Positions 9,266-20,121 of a DNA stretch of 64,000 bases are shown here, piece after piece. Source of the stretch: Desulfatiglandales bacterium (lineage in GTDB: Bacteria > Desulfobacterota > DSM-4660 > Desulfatiglandales > HGW-15); NCBI GenBank assembly GCA_963667015.2, contig CAXXJJ010000001.1:256001-320000 (forward strand), given 5' to 3'. How positions within the stretch are numbered: position 1 is the first letter of the stretch; the number at the start of each line of letters is the position of its first letter. The translations under genes were made by a program, and so were the position numbers. Under the pieces are notes generated by a model. It did no database searches, had not been told where the DNA came from, and was given only the letters and a program-made list of their open reading frames with translations.

Positions 9266-11131
9266 TTAATCTATTTTAAAAACATGATAGGAATGGGGTT
9301 TTACAGTGAGCTCAAATGCCTTTTCCATTGAAGGCCTGCCCCAGAAGCCGGGAATATCCCTGCCTTCAAGTGTTTTTCCGGATGGGATATTTTCTATTCT
9401 CTTTCCTTTTTCTGTAACAAGCTTTATATCAACCGGCTCATCATTAAAGGAATGAACAACCGCAGTATTGTTGTCGTACAAAAACATTGAAACCTTTGCA
9501 GGTCCCTGCAGCCTGACAAACTGTTTCTTACAGAGCGTGTCCCTGAATTTATTTAAAACTTCTTCAGGTAAATTGTAGAGATCCCCGAAATTATCCGGGA
9601 TGGTTAATATATACAGCTTTCCACTTCCGTAATCAGCCATGTGAAGCATTGGCCAGCCTAAACCGCCGTCAAGGGCAGACACCTGCTCCCATGAGTCATT
9701 GGTGTAATACTGGATCTGGGGGATCATCACCTCTTCTTTCCCAATGATCATCCCTCCCCAGCCGGCCTTGTAGCTTTTGACTATGGCCTTTCTGTCTGTG
9801 TACTGAAGTTCAACAATATCCTCAAGCCCGTTTCCTTCAAGTGCACGTACAAGGCCTGATGTAATGACAACCTCTTTACCGTCTATGAGCTGTTTTTTAA
9901 TTTTTGCTATTATATCAGGATCAAATTTTGCTGATTCGGTTAAGAATATAATATCTTCTTCTGCCGGGAACTCTGGGTAAAGATCAACAGGGATGCCGAT
10001 CATGCCTATAAAGTTATGCAGAAAATCCTCGCCTGTAGAATAATGGGGCCTGTAGCTTTTTAAGCCTGTTGGAGTTCCGAGATACTCCAGCACCTTGTCT
10101 ATTTGCTCAAGGGCGGTTGCGGCAACAAGTGCCATATTGGCTTCGTTTTTATATTTATCACCGCTCAGATATGGTTTAATCATTGTATCGAAATCGAAGC
10201 TTGTGCCCGTCCCCTGCCAGGCCCCTCTTAAATTTTTTGTAACCGATCGTCCCATCTGCATGTAATCGAACATGGTCATTTCAGGGGCTTTTGCCAGAAG
10301 CGTAAGCCAGAGCTGTTCGGCATACCTGTCGGCAGTATTGGAACCATAGGTATCGACCCATCCGCCACCGTTTCTTCCGGGAGCAATGTTTTCAAAATAT
10401 CTTATGATCTGGTAGCCCTGGTATTCCTGAAGATGCTGGTCGGTCATCACACTGTCCCGAGTTTCTGTACCGGTATAGATTCCATCAAATATTTTCGGAC
10501 CCCGGTCAAGATCGAAGCCCAGACCATGGAAATGCTCATACCAGTTGGGATATTTGATAACGACCTTTATTTTGGGATTTACTGCTTTTGCCGGTCCGAC
10601 AACCAGGTTTTTTGCTGCCTCGGCCAGCAGGTCCATCCTGAACTGTGACCAGCTTCTGCCTCCCTTTGCAACGATACATTTCTCACACTTGCAGCTTGTA
10701 TAAAAAAAATCGTCGAGTATCAGTTCATCGAAATGCCTGGCAGTCATTTCAACTATCTGTTTCAGTTTTTTGCGGTGTTCCTCATTTGTGTAGCAGTAGG
10801 TCTCGAAATTATTCGGTTCGCTAACGGTTATTGTTATACCGCCTGCAGTTCTGATTCCCCTGTCTTTAAAGAATTTTATTATGGTTTCGAGTGCTTCTTC
10901 ATCGATCACCGTCATATCCCGATGGGTTTCGAGGTAGATCTTGTCTATTTTAAGGTGCTGATTCATCTGTTCAAATGTTGACTTCAACCATGCAGGGTCT
11001 TTCATCTTAATAACCTCAAAGACCCTTGTATAAACTGAAACATCAAAGTTTTTATAACCTTCACCGGCAAATACAGACAGTGAACAGACAGACATAAGTA
11101 TTACGAAAAACAGAGATTGAACCGCTTTCAT
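9266..11131 (-). CDS. Secreted uncharacterised protein, putative TIM-barrel glycoside-hydrolase-like
   Basis: Signal peptide; FDELILDDFFYTSCKCEKC segment resembles GH-barrel proteins carrying a Cys insert. Function not assignable. Confidence 0.55.
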   Translation of the reverse strand: MKAVQSLFFVILMSVCSLSVFAGEGYKNFDVSVYTRVFEVIKMKDPAWLKSTFEQMNQHLKIDKIYLETHRDMTVIDEEALETIIKFFKDRGIRTAGGITITVSEPNNFETYCYTNEEHRKKLKQIVEMTARHFDELILDDFFYTSCKCEKCIVAKGGRSWSQFRMDLLAEAAKNLVVGPAKAVNPKIKVVIKYPNWYEHFHGLGFDLDRGPKIFDGIYTGTETRDSVMTDQHLQEYQGYQIIRYFENIAPGRNGGGWVDTYGSNTADRYAEQLWLTLLAKAPEMTMFDYMQMGRSVTKNLRGAWQGTGTSFDFDTMIKPYLSGDKYKNEANMALVAATALEQIDKVLEYLGTPTGLKSYRPHYSTGEDFLHNFIGMIGIPVDLYPEFPAEEDIIFLTESAKFDPDIIAKIKKQLIDGKEVVITSGLVRALEGNGLEDIVELQYTDRKAIVKSYKAGWGGMIIGKEEVMIPQIQYYTNDSWEQVSALDGGLGWPMLHMADYGSGKLYILTIPDNFGDLYNLPEEVLNKFRDTLCKKQFVRLQGPAKVSMFLYDNNTAVVHSFNDEPVDIKLVTEKGKRIENIPSGKTLEGRDIPGFWGRPSMEKAFELTVKPHSYHVFKID

Positions 11132-11147
11132 TTAAACCCCCATGAAC

Positions 11148-12500
11148 TCAATATACGCCGTATTCCTTGGTTACATCAATAAACGCCTTTACATTTTCTG
11201 CCTTTGCTTCATCAAAAAATGCCCCGTTACACATAATATAACCGCCGTCTCCGGCACAGTAGTCTATTATTCTCCTGGTATAGTCCTTTACCTCTTCCAC
11301 CGATACCAGGCCCAGCATTGATGACGGGATATTCCCTGCGATGCAGGCATTCTGACCGATTGTGTCCTTGACCTTCCTGATATCAGACTGGTCAACCATC
11401 CAGACGGTTTTACCCTTTGGTATATCCTTCATGATATCAAGGCGGGTATCCCAGTGTCCTTCAAGGGCAGGGAAGGGTATGCACCCGCCTTCGATCAGCC
11501 CAAGGATTACCTTCTGCAGTGTAGGCCAGTAGAATTTTTTAAACTGATCCTCGGACATCATTCCGTCGGCCCCTTTATGGAGAGGCATAAATACCAGTGG
11601 ATTTCCATTCGTTCGCATTGCCCCAAGGCCGACTTCAATCATCACCGGCACCAGGGCGTCCATTGCCGCCAGAAGCTTTTCAGGCCTGCGGAACATATCC
11701 ATTACAATTTCTCTTGTTCCCCTGAGTGTATCGCCTAATGTGTCAAAGGGTGCCTTGCTGAATCCTGCACCGAGGATATTAACATATCCCAGGCTGGTCA
11801 ACTCGGCGTTTAAGCCTCCCATGGCAATAGCCCATTTCAGTGCTTCTTCACCCGCCTCAGCAAGTTTTTTAAACATTTCAATCACCGGGGGCAGGCCGAA
11901 TGGAATAAAATCACCGGCAACGCCGTATATCTCCTGAATGCCGGTGAAATTCGGCAGCATCGGGAATCCGTTAAAAACACCGAATACACGCGGCAGGTAA
12001 GTATTCATGAAAAAACGAGAAGGATCTGATATGAGCATATCATATTCTTCAGCCTTCATGTATTCACCTTCCTTCATCTGAAAACAATGTTCTTTTTTTA
12101 CTCCATGACCCGGCCAGGCATATAGTTTATAGTCTACCATCTCAAAGAATTTACCGGGACCTGCCTGGGCCGCACCGATATGCATATCAGGATCCATTTC
12201 CGTAATGAAATTTTTAAACGCAGTTGTAGCTTTCTCATAATCATACATTGCGTCATAGGGAGTAATGCCTGCATGAAGAAAGGGGAACATGCTGGGAAGG
12301 ACCAATATTGGCAATCTATCAGGCGTTTTTTTCATCTGAATCGCGTCTCTAACCCTGGTTAAGGACGCCAAATACTTTTCTTTGGCTTCAGGACCCTGGA
12401 ATTGTATATCGTTACCCTCGGCATCTTTCAAGGAAAGCAATTCCTGAAATTTAGCATCCTGTTTTTCATCCGCATTCATTTGTTCCCAAGATTTTTCCAT
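11148..12500 (-). CDS. Uroporphyrinogen decarboxylase / corrinoid methyltransferase (MtaA/CmuA-like) family protein
   Basis: PDRLP, PFD...LRG, FMPLH...MS..QFKKFYWP, CIAGN, GGYI motifs. GGAGG precedes the ATG at 12500. Confidence 0.85.
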   Translation of the reverse strand: MEKSWEQMNADEKQDAKFQELLSLKDAEGNDIQFQGPEAKEKYLASLTRVRDAIQMKKTPDRLPILVLPSMFPFLHAGITPYDAMYDYEKATTAFKNFITEMDPDMHIGAAQAGPGKFFEMVDYKLYAWPGHGVKKEHCFQMKEGEYMKAEEYDMLISDPSRFFMNTYLPRVFGVFNGFPMLPNFTGIQEIYGVAGDFIPFGLPPVIEMFKKLAEAGEEALKWAIAMGGLNAELTSLGYVNILGAGFSKAPFDTLGDTLRGTREIVMDMFRRPEKLLAAMDALVPVMIEVGLGAMRTNGNPLVFMPLHKGADGMMSEDQFKKFYWPTLQKVILGLIEGGCIPFPALEGHWDTRLDIMKDIPKGKTVWMVDQSDIRKVKDTIGQNACIAGNIPSSMLGLVSVEEVKDYTRRIIDYCAGDGGYIMCNGAFFDEAKAENVKAFIDVTKEYGVY

Positions 12501-12859
12501 TGCAACCTCCTGTAAATTTGTTTTAAAGTTTATTGATTCCGTATGATGCAACCGGAAACATTAGATTTAAAATACTATTAAAACAGGGTAGATCAATTAA
12601 ACATTATAGGAAAAACAAGGCAGGGATCAGGCGTCCTTATCAGGAAAATCCCTTCCTTTTATTTGATAATGAGAACACTTCTGGTTGATTACCGAACAGC
12701 AAAGATAATCTGTTTTTGCCGGACAAGAATACTGCGTCAGGCAAAAGATCTTCGTCAAGCCAGTGTATTTTGCTAATATGCAATAAAAACCGGTTAAGGG
12801 CAATCAAAATAGAACAATTGTTTTCTGTTGATGGCCATAAAAAATCTCTAAATAAAAAG

Positions 12860-14959
12860 CTATTCATTGCCGGCTGATGCAAACTGACCGAAGTATCCAA
12901 TACACACATCCCGCCATTCTTCTGCATTTTCAAATTGCATATTGAGCCTTTCCTTTACATGATCAAACCGTTCAGCATCTATCCTGCCCTTAAGGGAATT
13001 CCATTCCTTCTGCATTGCAGCAACCTCATCAACTCCCCGGCTGTAACGAAACTGAAGCTCTTCCCAGAGCGTCCTGCCTGATGCCATCCGGTAAGTCCAT
13101 GGCAGGTGATGGAACCACAGCAGATATTTCTCCGGGCAGGTGTCGGGTGAATCCCATAGGGTCCTGAGCGGTTCTGCATATTGTCCCGTGCCATTGGTTC
13201 CTGTGGAACTCCGGTTGAAGCCGACTCCTTTAAAATCAGCCTTATGATAATATGTTGAGCTCCAGTCATCTCTAACAGGGTTTTTATAGTCCGGGCCGGG
13301 TCCGTAATGGTGACCTTCAGCCATAAGGTGGTGAAGCCCCAGGGGTGTCATGTAGTCAATGCATGCCTCCCATGAACCGGCCATGATATTTTCGATTACG
13401 TTGACTGTTTTCGTATCATTGGACCATGTCATCCTGATCCATTCATCTGCAATATCTTTTGATGTTAATGCGGGGTCCCAGGCCAATCTTCCGAATGCAT
13501 ACCAGTTTGCCTGGGAAAAATGATGACCTGACCAGTTTCGATCCGTACCGATCCCGGAAACACCGGCTATGCCTGTAAGGGTATGATGTTCAGCTGAACC
13601 GTCTACAATATTTGCCACCAGTGTGCCCGGACCTTTTGCATATGTGTCCGTATCAAGCACCTCCTTCCACATGGGAGCCTGGTAGACAAGATGCTTGGCC
13701 TGACCTGTATATTCCTGGGTAATCTGAAGTTCCATCATTATGGGTGTTTTCGGCATTGCCCCGAATATGGAGTTGAAAGGCTCCCTGGGTTGAAAGTCTA
13801 CTGGACCGTTCTTTGTCTGTATCAGTACATTCGGTAAAAATTTACCATCGAGGGGAACAAACTCCAGGTAGCCGCACTTTGTACGATCGGAATCGATGGA
13901 AAGATCATAGACAAATGAACGCCACATAACAATGCCGTCATGGGGAGCTACTGCTTCGGCAAGCATGTTTGCGCCGTCGGCATGTGTCCTGCCGTAGATC
14001 TGGGGCCCCGGCTGTCCCTCGGAGTATGCCTTGACAAGAAAACCGCCAAAATCAGGGATCTTTTTATATATCTCCTCAGCCTTGTCATTCCACCATTTGC
14101 GTACACCAGGATCAAGTGGATCAGATGTCGAAAGCCCTCCTATCTCCATGGGCGATGTAAATTTTATGCTGAAGTAGACCTGTATACCGTATGGCCTCAG
14201 TACATCCGCGACAGCCGCGGCTTTAATGATGTAATCTTTGGTGAGGAGTTCCGCCTGGCTGTTAACATTATTAATGGAGGTACCATTGATGCCTATGGAT
14301 GCATTGGCACGTGCATAATCCTTATACCTTGGGTCTACTTTTTCCGGAAGTTCATCCCATTTCCAGATGGACATTCCCGCATACCCACGTTCTACTGTTC
14401 CATTGAGGTTGTCCCAGTGATTTAAAAGACGTTTTCGGATTCGCGGTTTATTTCTGATTGACAGCCTGTCTATTGTTTGTCGTGTCTGCATAAGCCTGAG
14501 CAGGTGAAATGTTCCATAGAGAACGCCATCAGGTCTGTTGGCTGCGATAACAGTAACCGGGAGATTGTTATACTGCAAAGAGCGAATAAGATATCCTTCC
14601 TCGCCAAGGGATGTCAGTTCCTGTGCCTGAACAAGCTGCTTTATTACAGGAGACATTTCCGGCGTTCCTGCAATGATTGCACCGCCCTTTGTAACCCTGC
14701 TGTTTATAGGAATGTCTTTGTCAAGCATGCCTCTAAGGCCATTCTGCAGTTCTTCCTGAACAGCCTTTAAAACCGGATATGACTGCTGGATAACAACCTC
14801 TGTTATCCCTTCCCTGTATGCGGATAAAAGTTCAGGCTCCATGACCTTATCATAGCGAAGCCACAACCTATATCCATCCTCTGCCATGAGTGTGCCTGAA
14901 AAAATAATAACAATGATCCCTATAAACCATTTTAAACAATGAAGATTTGAAAGTTTCAT
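12860..14959 (-). CDS. aguA: Alpha-glucuronidase, GH67
   Basis: EDGYRLWLRY, LNHWDNL.G.VERGYAG, NGP.DFQPREP, MELQITQEY.GQ, DYMTPLGLHH motifs; signal peptide. Confidence 0.93.
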   Translation of the reverse strand: MKLSNLHCLKWFIGIIVIIFSGTLMAEDGYRLWLRYDKVMEPELLSAYREGITEVVIQQSYPVLKAVQEELQNGLRGMLDKDIPINSRVTKGGAIIAGTPEMSPVIKQLVQAQELTSLGEEGYLIRSLQYNNLPVTVIAANRPDGVLYGTFHLLRLMQTRQTIDRLSIRNKPRIRKRLLNHWDNLNGTVERGYAGMSIWKWDELPEKVDPRYKDYARANASIGINGTSINNVNSQAELLTKDYIIKAAAVADVLRPYGIQVYFSIKFTSPMEIGGLSTSDPLDPGVRKWWNDKAEEIYKKIPDFGGFLVKAYSEGQPGPQIYGRTHADGANMLAEAVAPHDGIVMWRSFVYDLSIDSDRTKCGYLEFVPLDGKFLPNVLIQTKNGPVDFQPREPFNSIFGAMPKTPIMMELQITQEYTGQAKHLVYQAPMWKEVLDTDTYAKGPGTLVANIVDGSAEHHTLTGIAGVSGIGTDRNWSGHHFSQANWYAFGRLAWDPALTSKDIADEWIRMTWSNDTKTVNVIENIMAGSWEACIDYMTPLGLHHLMAEGHHYGPGPDYKNPVRDDWSSTYYHKADFKGVGFNRSSTGTNGTGQYAEPLRTLWDSPDTCPEKYLLWFHHLPWTYRMASGRTLWEELQFRYSRGVDEVAAMQKEWNSLKGRIDAERFDHVKERLNMQFENAEEWRDVCIGYFGQFASAGNE

Positions 14960-15184
14960 TTTTTTACCTTTTAATCTGATTATAGCAGGAGGGTCAGGTC
15001 TCCAGATGTTGAAGACCGCACTTAACATAAATATTATGAGTCACTTTTATTGGCTGCATATCATATTTTCGGAGTTATCCATTGTCAAGCTCTTGAATTT
15101 TACCTTAAAGAGTCTGAACGTTGATGAAAGTGGATTAAAGGATTAGATTAATTAGTTAGCCCATACATAAACAAAAATTAGTCG

Positions 15185-16501
15185 CTAAATATCGTCTCTG
15201 ATTATATCAAGAATCCGTTTGTAATATGTCTTTCGTTTCTCATCCCAGGAGAGGTCTATTGCGTTGTCCATGTTAATCTTAGCCTTCCTGTTTTCACCTG
15301 TTTTCAGGTAGGCAAGTGCCAGACCATAATAAAACAGATGTTCGTCGTCCTTTAAACTGATCGCTTTTTTGAACAGTCCGACCGATTTTTCAAAAAGCTT
15401 CTCATCATATGCGGTTTTACCCGCTACATACTGGTAGTAGGGATTTTTTTCTCTGAATGATGCAAGCCGGGTCTTATATAATTCAGCCTTTTCCTTTTCT
15501 CCTGTCGTATTATAGAGGTTTGTCAGATTATTCATGATAGTCAGAACACTGGTATCACTGGAACCCTGAGTGACGGCAAATCCCTGTAAATATGCCGCCT
15601 CGGCAGCATCAGGCTGATTATTCCTCCGGTAGACAACGCCAAGATTTGACCATGCAAAGCTAAGTTCCGGATCGGTTTTTATGGCCTTTATAAAATACCG
15701 ATATGCCTCGGGTATATTTCCTTCTGCAAGATTCTTGCTGCCAATATTATTATAATACTGAGCAAATGCACGGTTATCCGTGATATTCGTAAATCTGAAG
15801 GTGCTTAATCTTGAAATGTCCGGAGAAAGCTCCGAAGGAGCAAAATAGTACCTGATGCTGTTGTCCATTGTTATTATTCTGTTTCTGCCGTCTAAAACTT
15901 CCAGTTGAATTACCTGTGCAGCCGGATTAGGAACATTAATAGACGCACCTATATGCCGGGTAAAAAACAGTACCTCTCCATCACGGATCCAGTTGGGGAG
16001 GGTAGGTATTTCGGAGAATTTTGATTTAAACCCTGCAAATCTTGCCATTGCGATAAACAGGTTTGTAAAGGAAAGGCAGTTTCCTGTCCCCGTGTCAAAT
16101 GTTTCCTGGGCTGTTTTAACACCATAACCGTCATCCATGGTGTCATATGATATCTTCTGGACCAGTATTTTTGACATCATTTTAAGACGCGCCTGGGGAT
16201 CCCTTATTTTTTTTACCTCTTCATTGATCAGGTCCTTTATTTCGTCATTTATTGCAAGAACATCAACATCCGGGATGGTGTCATCAATTGATGAGGGATA
16301 TATCTTCGTATCGTCCGGCATTTCATAGGCTGGAAACATGTCAACATGCATAGATTCCACTTTTGGTATGGGAATGGATGCACATCCGGAAATAAGGCTG
16401 AAAATAAAAAAGGCAGACAGGATTCTCAATCCTTTCCATCTTTTGGAAAAGTAATGATAACAAATATGATTATCCTTCTTTTTTAAATTATTCCAGTACA
16501 T
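15185..16501 (-). CDS. Transglutaminase-like plus TPR lipoprotein
   Basis: Lipobox ISGC; TA.ETF...GNCLS catalytic-Cys motif; C-terminal TPRs (AWSNLGVVY). Confidence 0.8.
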   Translation of the reverse strand: MYWNNLKKKDNHICYHYFSKRWKGLRILSAFFIFSLISGCASIPIPKVESMHVDMFPAYEMPDDTKIYPSSIDDTIPDVDVLAINDEIKDLINEEVKKIRDPQARLKMMSKILVQKISYDTMDDGYGVKTAQETFDTGTGNCLSFTNLFIAMARFAGFKSKFSEIPTLPNWIRDGEVLFFTRHIGASINVPNPAAQVIQLEVLDGRNRIITMDNSIRYYFAPSELSPDISRLSTFRFTNITDNRAFAQYYNNIGSKNLAEGNIPEAYRYFIKAIKTDPELSFAWSNLGVVYRRNNQPDAAEAAYLQGFAVTQGSSDTSVLTIMNNLTNLYNTTGEKEKAELYKTRLASFREKNPYYQYVAGKTAYDEKLFEKSVGLFKKAISLKDDEHLFYYGLALAYLKTGENRKAKINMDNAIDLSWDEKRKTYYKRILDIIRDDI

Positions 16502-16804
16502 TACATAAACCTCTCGATAGCCTTCCGTTCTTTTTCATTAATATAAGTCCTGTTTACAGGGTTTCAATTATCTCTTCTCAGCATATTGAGGGTTAAATGG
16601 AAAAGGCCTGCATACTTAATGAGCTTCCGGCTATGAAATTTGAGTGTATGAAAACCAGGAGTACAACTTTAATTATAATTACAACTGTAATTTAGCGTCA
16701 AGGTATAAATTTCATTTGCTTACAAAGACTCGATCATTTTCAGTTTCCTGTAGCTGAATATGGTTCACAGGTGGGATTGATTCATTCAGGCGAGACTATA
16801 ATAT

Positions 16805-16842
16805 AAAACAAGGCAGTTAAGTTTTTTAACTTAACTGCCTTG
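16805..16842 (-). terminator. Intrinsic terminator after the 16886-17407 gene
   Basis: 13-bp inverted repeat CAAGGCAGTTAAG/CTTAACTGCCTTG with a U-tract on the minus strand. Confidence 0.75.
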
Positions 16843-16885
16843 ATAATGTTATAAATTGTTATTCGTTGATTCTATAGATATCCTG

Positions 16886-17407
16886 TTATTCCAGCCTTTT
16901 AAACACGTACTTTACAGCCATATCACCATAGCCCATCTTGCCGTCAGATGAAGGTTTTATACTCCCCATTCCGGGCATTTTCATTTTATCGTACTGGGGC
17001 TCCAGAATCAGGGTATTATCGTCTTCCATGGAACACTTGAAGGTCATTGTTCCCTTAAAGGGAAATGCAGTTAATACATGATGTACGACTATTTCTTTTC
17101 CGTCAAATTCATATGTACCGGCATCAGCCGCAAATGAGCGGTTAGCCTGTGGACCGGATTCACCAGGCGCCTTTTTTTCCGTTAAATCACGGATGGCGCT
17201 GTAGTGTTTTTTCATTATGAATATCATGAACTCAGCGTCATCTCTGTTCCTTCTGTTTTCTCCGACTCCCACATCCATGTTGTCGAGTGCCCATGCACCC
17301 TGGATTTTTTTTGCATCAGCTTTAAACGCCTTTTTTGACTCTCCTGCACCGGCAGTTGAAAAAGAAAAAACAATCAATAGAAATAAAATAAACATATAGC
17401 GTTTCAT
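16886..17407 (-). CDS. Secreted lipocalin-like domain protein
   Basis: Signal peptide (AGA-GE); IQGAW.L, AGTYE and C-terminal FKRLE motifs. Confidence 0.65.
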   Translation of the reverse strand: MKRYMFILFLLIVFSFSTAGAGESKKAFKADAKKIQGAWALDNMDVGVGENRRNRDDAEFMIFIMKKHYSAIRDLTEKKAPGESGPQANRSFAADAGTYEFDGKEIVVHHVLTAFPFKGTMTFKCSMEDDNTLILEPQYDKMKMPGMGSIKPSSDGKMGYGDMAVKYVFKRLE

Positions 17408-17556
17408 TATTTTCCTCCCTTCTTTTACAAATATTAAAATGGATTAATAGAAAAAGATTATGATTCCTTACTACATACACCTTAATCAAATCAGAAGGAA
17501 GGATTTTTTTTAAAGAAAGGCTTTGGTCAAAGCACGTATCTGATCAATATCAGGCC

Positions 17557-20121
17557 TCAAACCAAAGTCACTGCGGTGTTATAGACAAGATGGAGGGCAA
17601 CAGAGGTCCCAAGGTTTCCGGTTTTCTTGAACATAATCGCACTGGCAATACCCAGCAGCCCTACCGGTATCCATGCAACAGGCGGGTGATAGATGGCAAA
17701 AAAGGCGGCACTCCCGAGAACGGCACGCCAGCCTCCCCACTCTCTATCAAGTGCCCTGTATAGAAGCCCCCTGAAAAGATACTCCTCTGCAAAGGGAGCA
17801 ATACATATAGCCATGAATGCATAGATGGTTCTTATATTAGCACTTTTTGCGAGCTGAGCCTGGGACTTTTCCAGTATTTCAGCGGCTTCAGGAAAGTGTT
17901 GAAGGATTGCAATGTATCCCATACCAAACAGGCCAAGTATAAGCCCTGCTGCGGCTCCCGGGAGAAAATCCTTTATAATTCTGCTCAGGTTTTTTTTAAA
18001 CTGGTTTAATGGTGATCCTGTTTTTATCAGCGGTGGCTGTCCCCAGAAAATAATGTCTTTCAGTAATACACCCCGCTCTTCTAAAAAGGTCGCGACCCCG
18101 AAGGATACCCCCCCTGCACATATTGTATATGAAAATGCCCTTGCTATTATTATACTGTCAGGGCCAAAGATACTGAATGGTATCGAGATAACCGCTGTTG
18201 CTTCAACCATAATGGTAATTGCAATCATGGCATGCATAAGTGTCGGAGGTGGCGGGACTTCTTCGGACCATGGGTCATAGAGATAGGGCAGCCGGGCGCG
18301 GAAGTTCTGCCACATTGCAGCAGCCGTAAGGTACGAGAAAACAATGCCTATAATGGCGAGATGCCACTGGCGGGTAATAATCCCAATTGAAAAGGTCAGC
18401 ATGCCCAGGCTTGTGGCCCAGCGGCGGCCGAAGGGAATTTTTTCCTGTTCCCCTGACGATGATGTCACAGTAACAAGTGTAACCGATTTTTCAGCCATGC
18501 TCCTGCTGAACAGGTACCAGCCAGTTCCCACAAGGGCGATTTTCCAGATACTCTCTGGAAATACGTATATGGCGTACAGCATAATCAGCCCTACTATTGC
18601 CGATGATATCAGGGACCAGAGCCATGCCTTGGCCTTTAGCAGGCTTTCCAGCCCTCTTGGCCAGGTGAGCGAAATCCACAAGGCCTGACCTTCAGATGTC
18701 AGTGATCTGGGACCAAGAACCCACAGGAAATATGTCCCGATAAGGATTGCTATACCGCAAAGAAAATTCCAGGAATCATGGGCATGTTTTAACAAAAAAC
18801 GAAAATTAAAGGCCTGAGCTGCCGCTATGGTAACGGGTATAAGGATTGCCTGAACAATCGCACCGCGGTCCCTGATAAACCATAAAAATTCCTTCCTGTA
18901 AAGCGGATCCTTGCCAAAACGAAGGGCTTTTGTTTTTGCACCAGAAGGTGCTGTGTTGGCCGAAGCGTTGTTGCTGACAAGACCTTTTTGCGCTGCCCAT
19001 ATGCTGAACCATATGGCTCCGGCAATAGTAATTACAGATCCTGCCAGGCATGTAACCATTCCGGCTGAAAAAGAAAATGAACCATCTACCCTTCCCCCTA
19101 AAAAAAGATGCAGCCACGGCCATGGCATGTTTAAAATTGTTTCCGGCAGTCCTGCAAAAACAGGTAATATTTTTTTTATAAACATCATTAAGAAAATCAG
19201 TATCATGGATAGATATCCAACCCAGCTCATAAGTCCGATCATAGCGCCACGGGATCGGGGTGAAAATCTTAACATGACAGCGATTTCGAAGGCCTTTCCC
19301 AGACATGCAAGGGCAATGGACATTGGCACACCTATTATAAATGCAGCAAAAACACCTGCTCCAAAACTGTATACGGTGGCATATAAAAATCCCACGAACA
19401 GAGGGGCACTCCAGTATATGGGGTTTGCAGCGACAGGGGCCAGCATTTCAGCCAGAAAGATTGCGCCATGGGGGGCAGGATGAGAGAACAGCCATTCCCA
19501 CATGGGGTGTTTTCTGCGCTGTGTGTCCAGTTCAAGTCCTTCACCCTGGAAAACCAGCATTAAAATCCATAAAATGAGAACCAGTGATCCGATCATCTGT
19601 GGAAGCGTACCTGTTCCAAGTGCCCTAAGTCCAGGCGCAGCCTCCTGTATACTCACAAGATCACGGGGTCCGTGAGATAGAATTTCCTGCCTGAGCCTTT
19701 GTTCTATTACTTTTTCTGATTCACTGTTCCACTTGGATATTCTGTGAGCTTCAGACTGGTAGAGTTTTTTATCAATAGCGTTTTCTAATGATAACTGGGT
19801 GAAGTCATGGTTTGCTTCCTTTTGTTTAACTGTATTCAGAAAACGACTGCTGACAACAATCCTGCCATGTGATTCCACCTCTATGCACTGGGCGGATTTT
19901 ACTGTCATATTTATTGAAAAGGCTGCCAGGGCATTTAGAAAGGCGAAAAACAAAACCGCCATAACAAAACCGAATGAACTCCAGTCAATTGCCTTATCAG
20001 ATGCCCTGCTGCGTAATAACTGTTTCTGACGGCGTCTTCGTCCTGCAGCGCGCGTCCGGGCTGCTTTAAGAAGTATCAGGACCGTTTTTATAAAACCGGT
20101 GGATGATTGGGCGTTACTCAT
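17557..20121 (-). CDS. Putative ABC-exporter permease fused to CPBP (Abi/CAAX) intramembrane protease
   Basis: Many TM helices. KE..WF.RD and SEG.ALW...P...LL.AK permease-like motifs; C-terminal PFAEEYLFRG, FAIYH and H..YN CPBP motifs. Confidence 0.85.
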   Translation of the reverse strand: MSNAQSSTGFIKTVLILLKAARTRAAGRRRRQKQLLRSRASDKAIDWSSFGFVMAVLFFAFLNALAAFSINMTVKSAQCIEVESHGRIVVSSRFLNTVKQKEANHDFTQLSLENAIDKKLYQSEAHRISKWNSESEKVIEQRLRQEILSHGPRDLVSIQEAAPGLRALGTGTLPQMIGSLVLILWILMLVFQGEGLELDTQRRKHPMWEWLFSHPAPHGAIFLAEMLAPVAANPIYWSAPLFVGFLYATVYSFGAGVFAAFIIGVPMSIALACLGKAFEIAVMLRFSPRSRGAMIGLMSWVGYLSMILIFLMMFIKKILPVFAGLPETILNMPWPWLHLFLGGRVDGSFSFSAGMVTCLAGSVITIAGAIWFSIWAAQKGLVSNNASANTAPSGAKTKALRFGKDPLYRKEFLWFIRDRGAIVQAILIPVTIAAAQAFNFRFLLKHAHDSWNFLCGIAILIGTYFLWVLGPRSLTSEGQALWISLTWPRGLESLLKAKAWLWSLISSAIVGLIMLYAIYVFPESIWKIALVGTGWYLFSRSMAEKSVTLVTVTSSSGEQEKIPFGRRWATSLGMLTFSIGIITRQWHLAIIGIVFSYLTAAAMWQNFRARLPYLYDPWSEEVPPPPTLMHAMIAITIMVEATAVISIPFSIFGPDSIIIARAFSYTICAGGVSFGVATFLEERGVLLKDIIFWGQPPLIKTGSPLNQFKKNLSRIIKDFLPGAAAGLILGLFGMGYIAILQHFPEAAEILEKSQAQLAKSANIRTIYAFMAICIAPFAEEYLFRGLLYRALDREWGGWRAVLGSAAFFAIYHPPVAWIPVGLLGIASAIMFKKTGNLGTSVALHLVYNTAVTLV

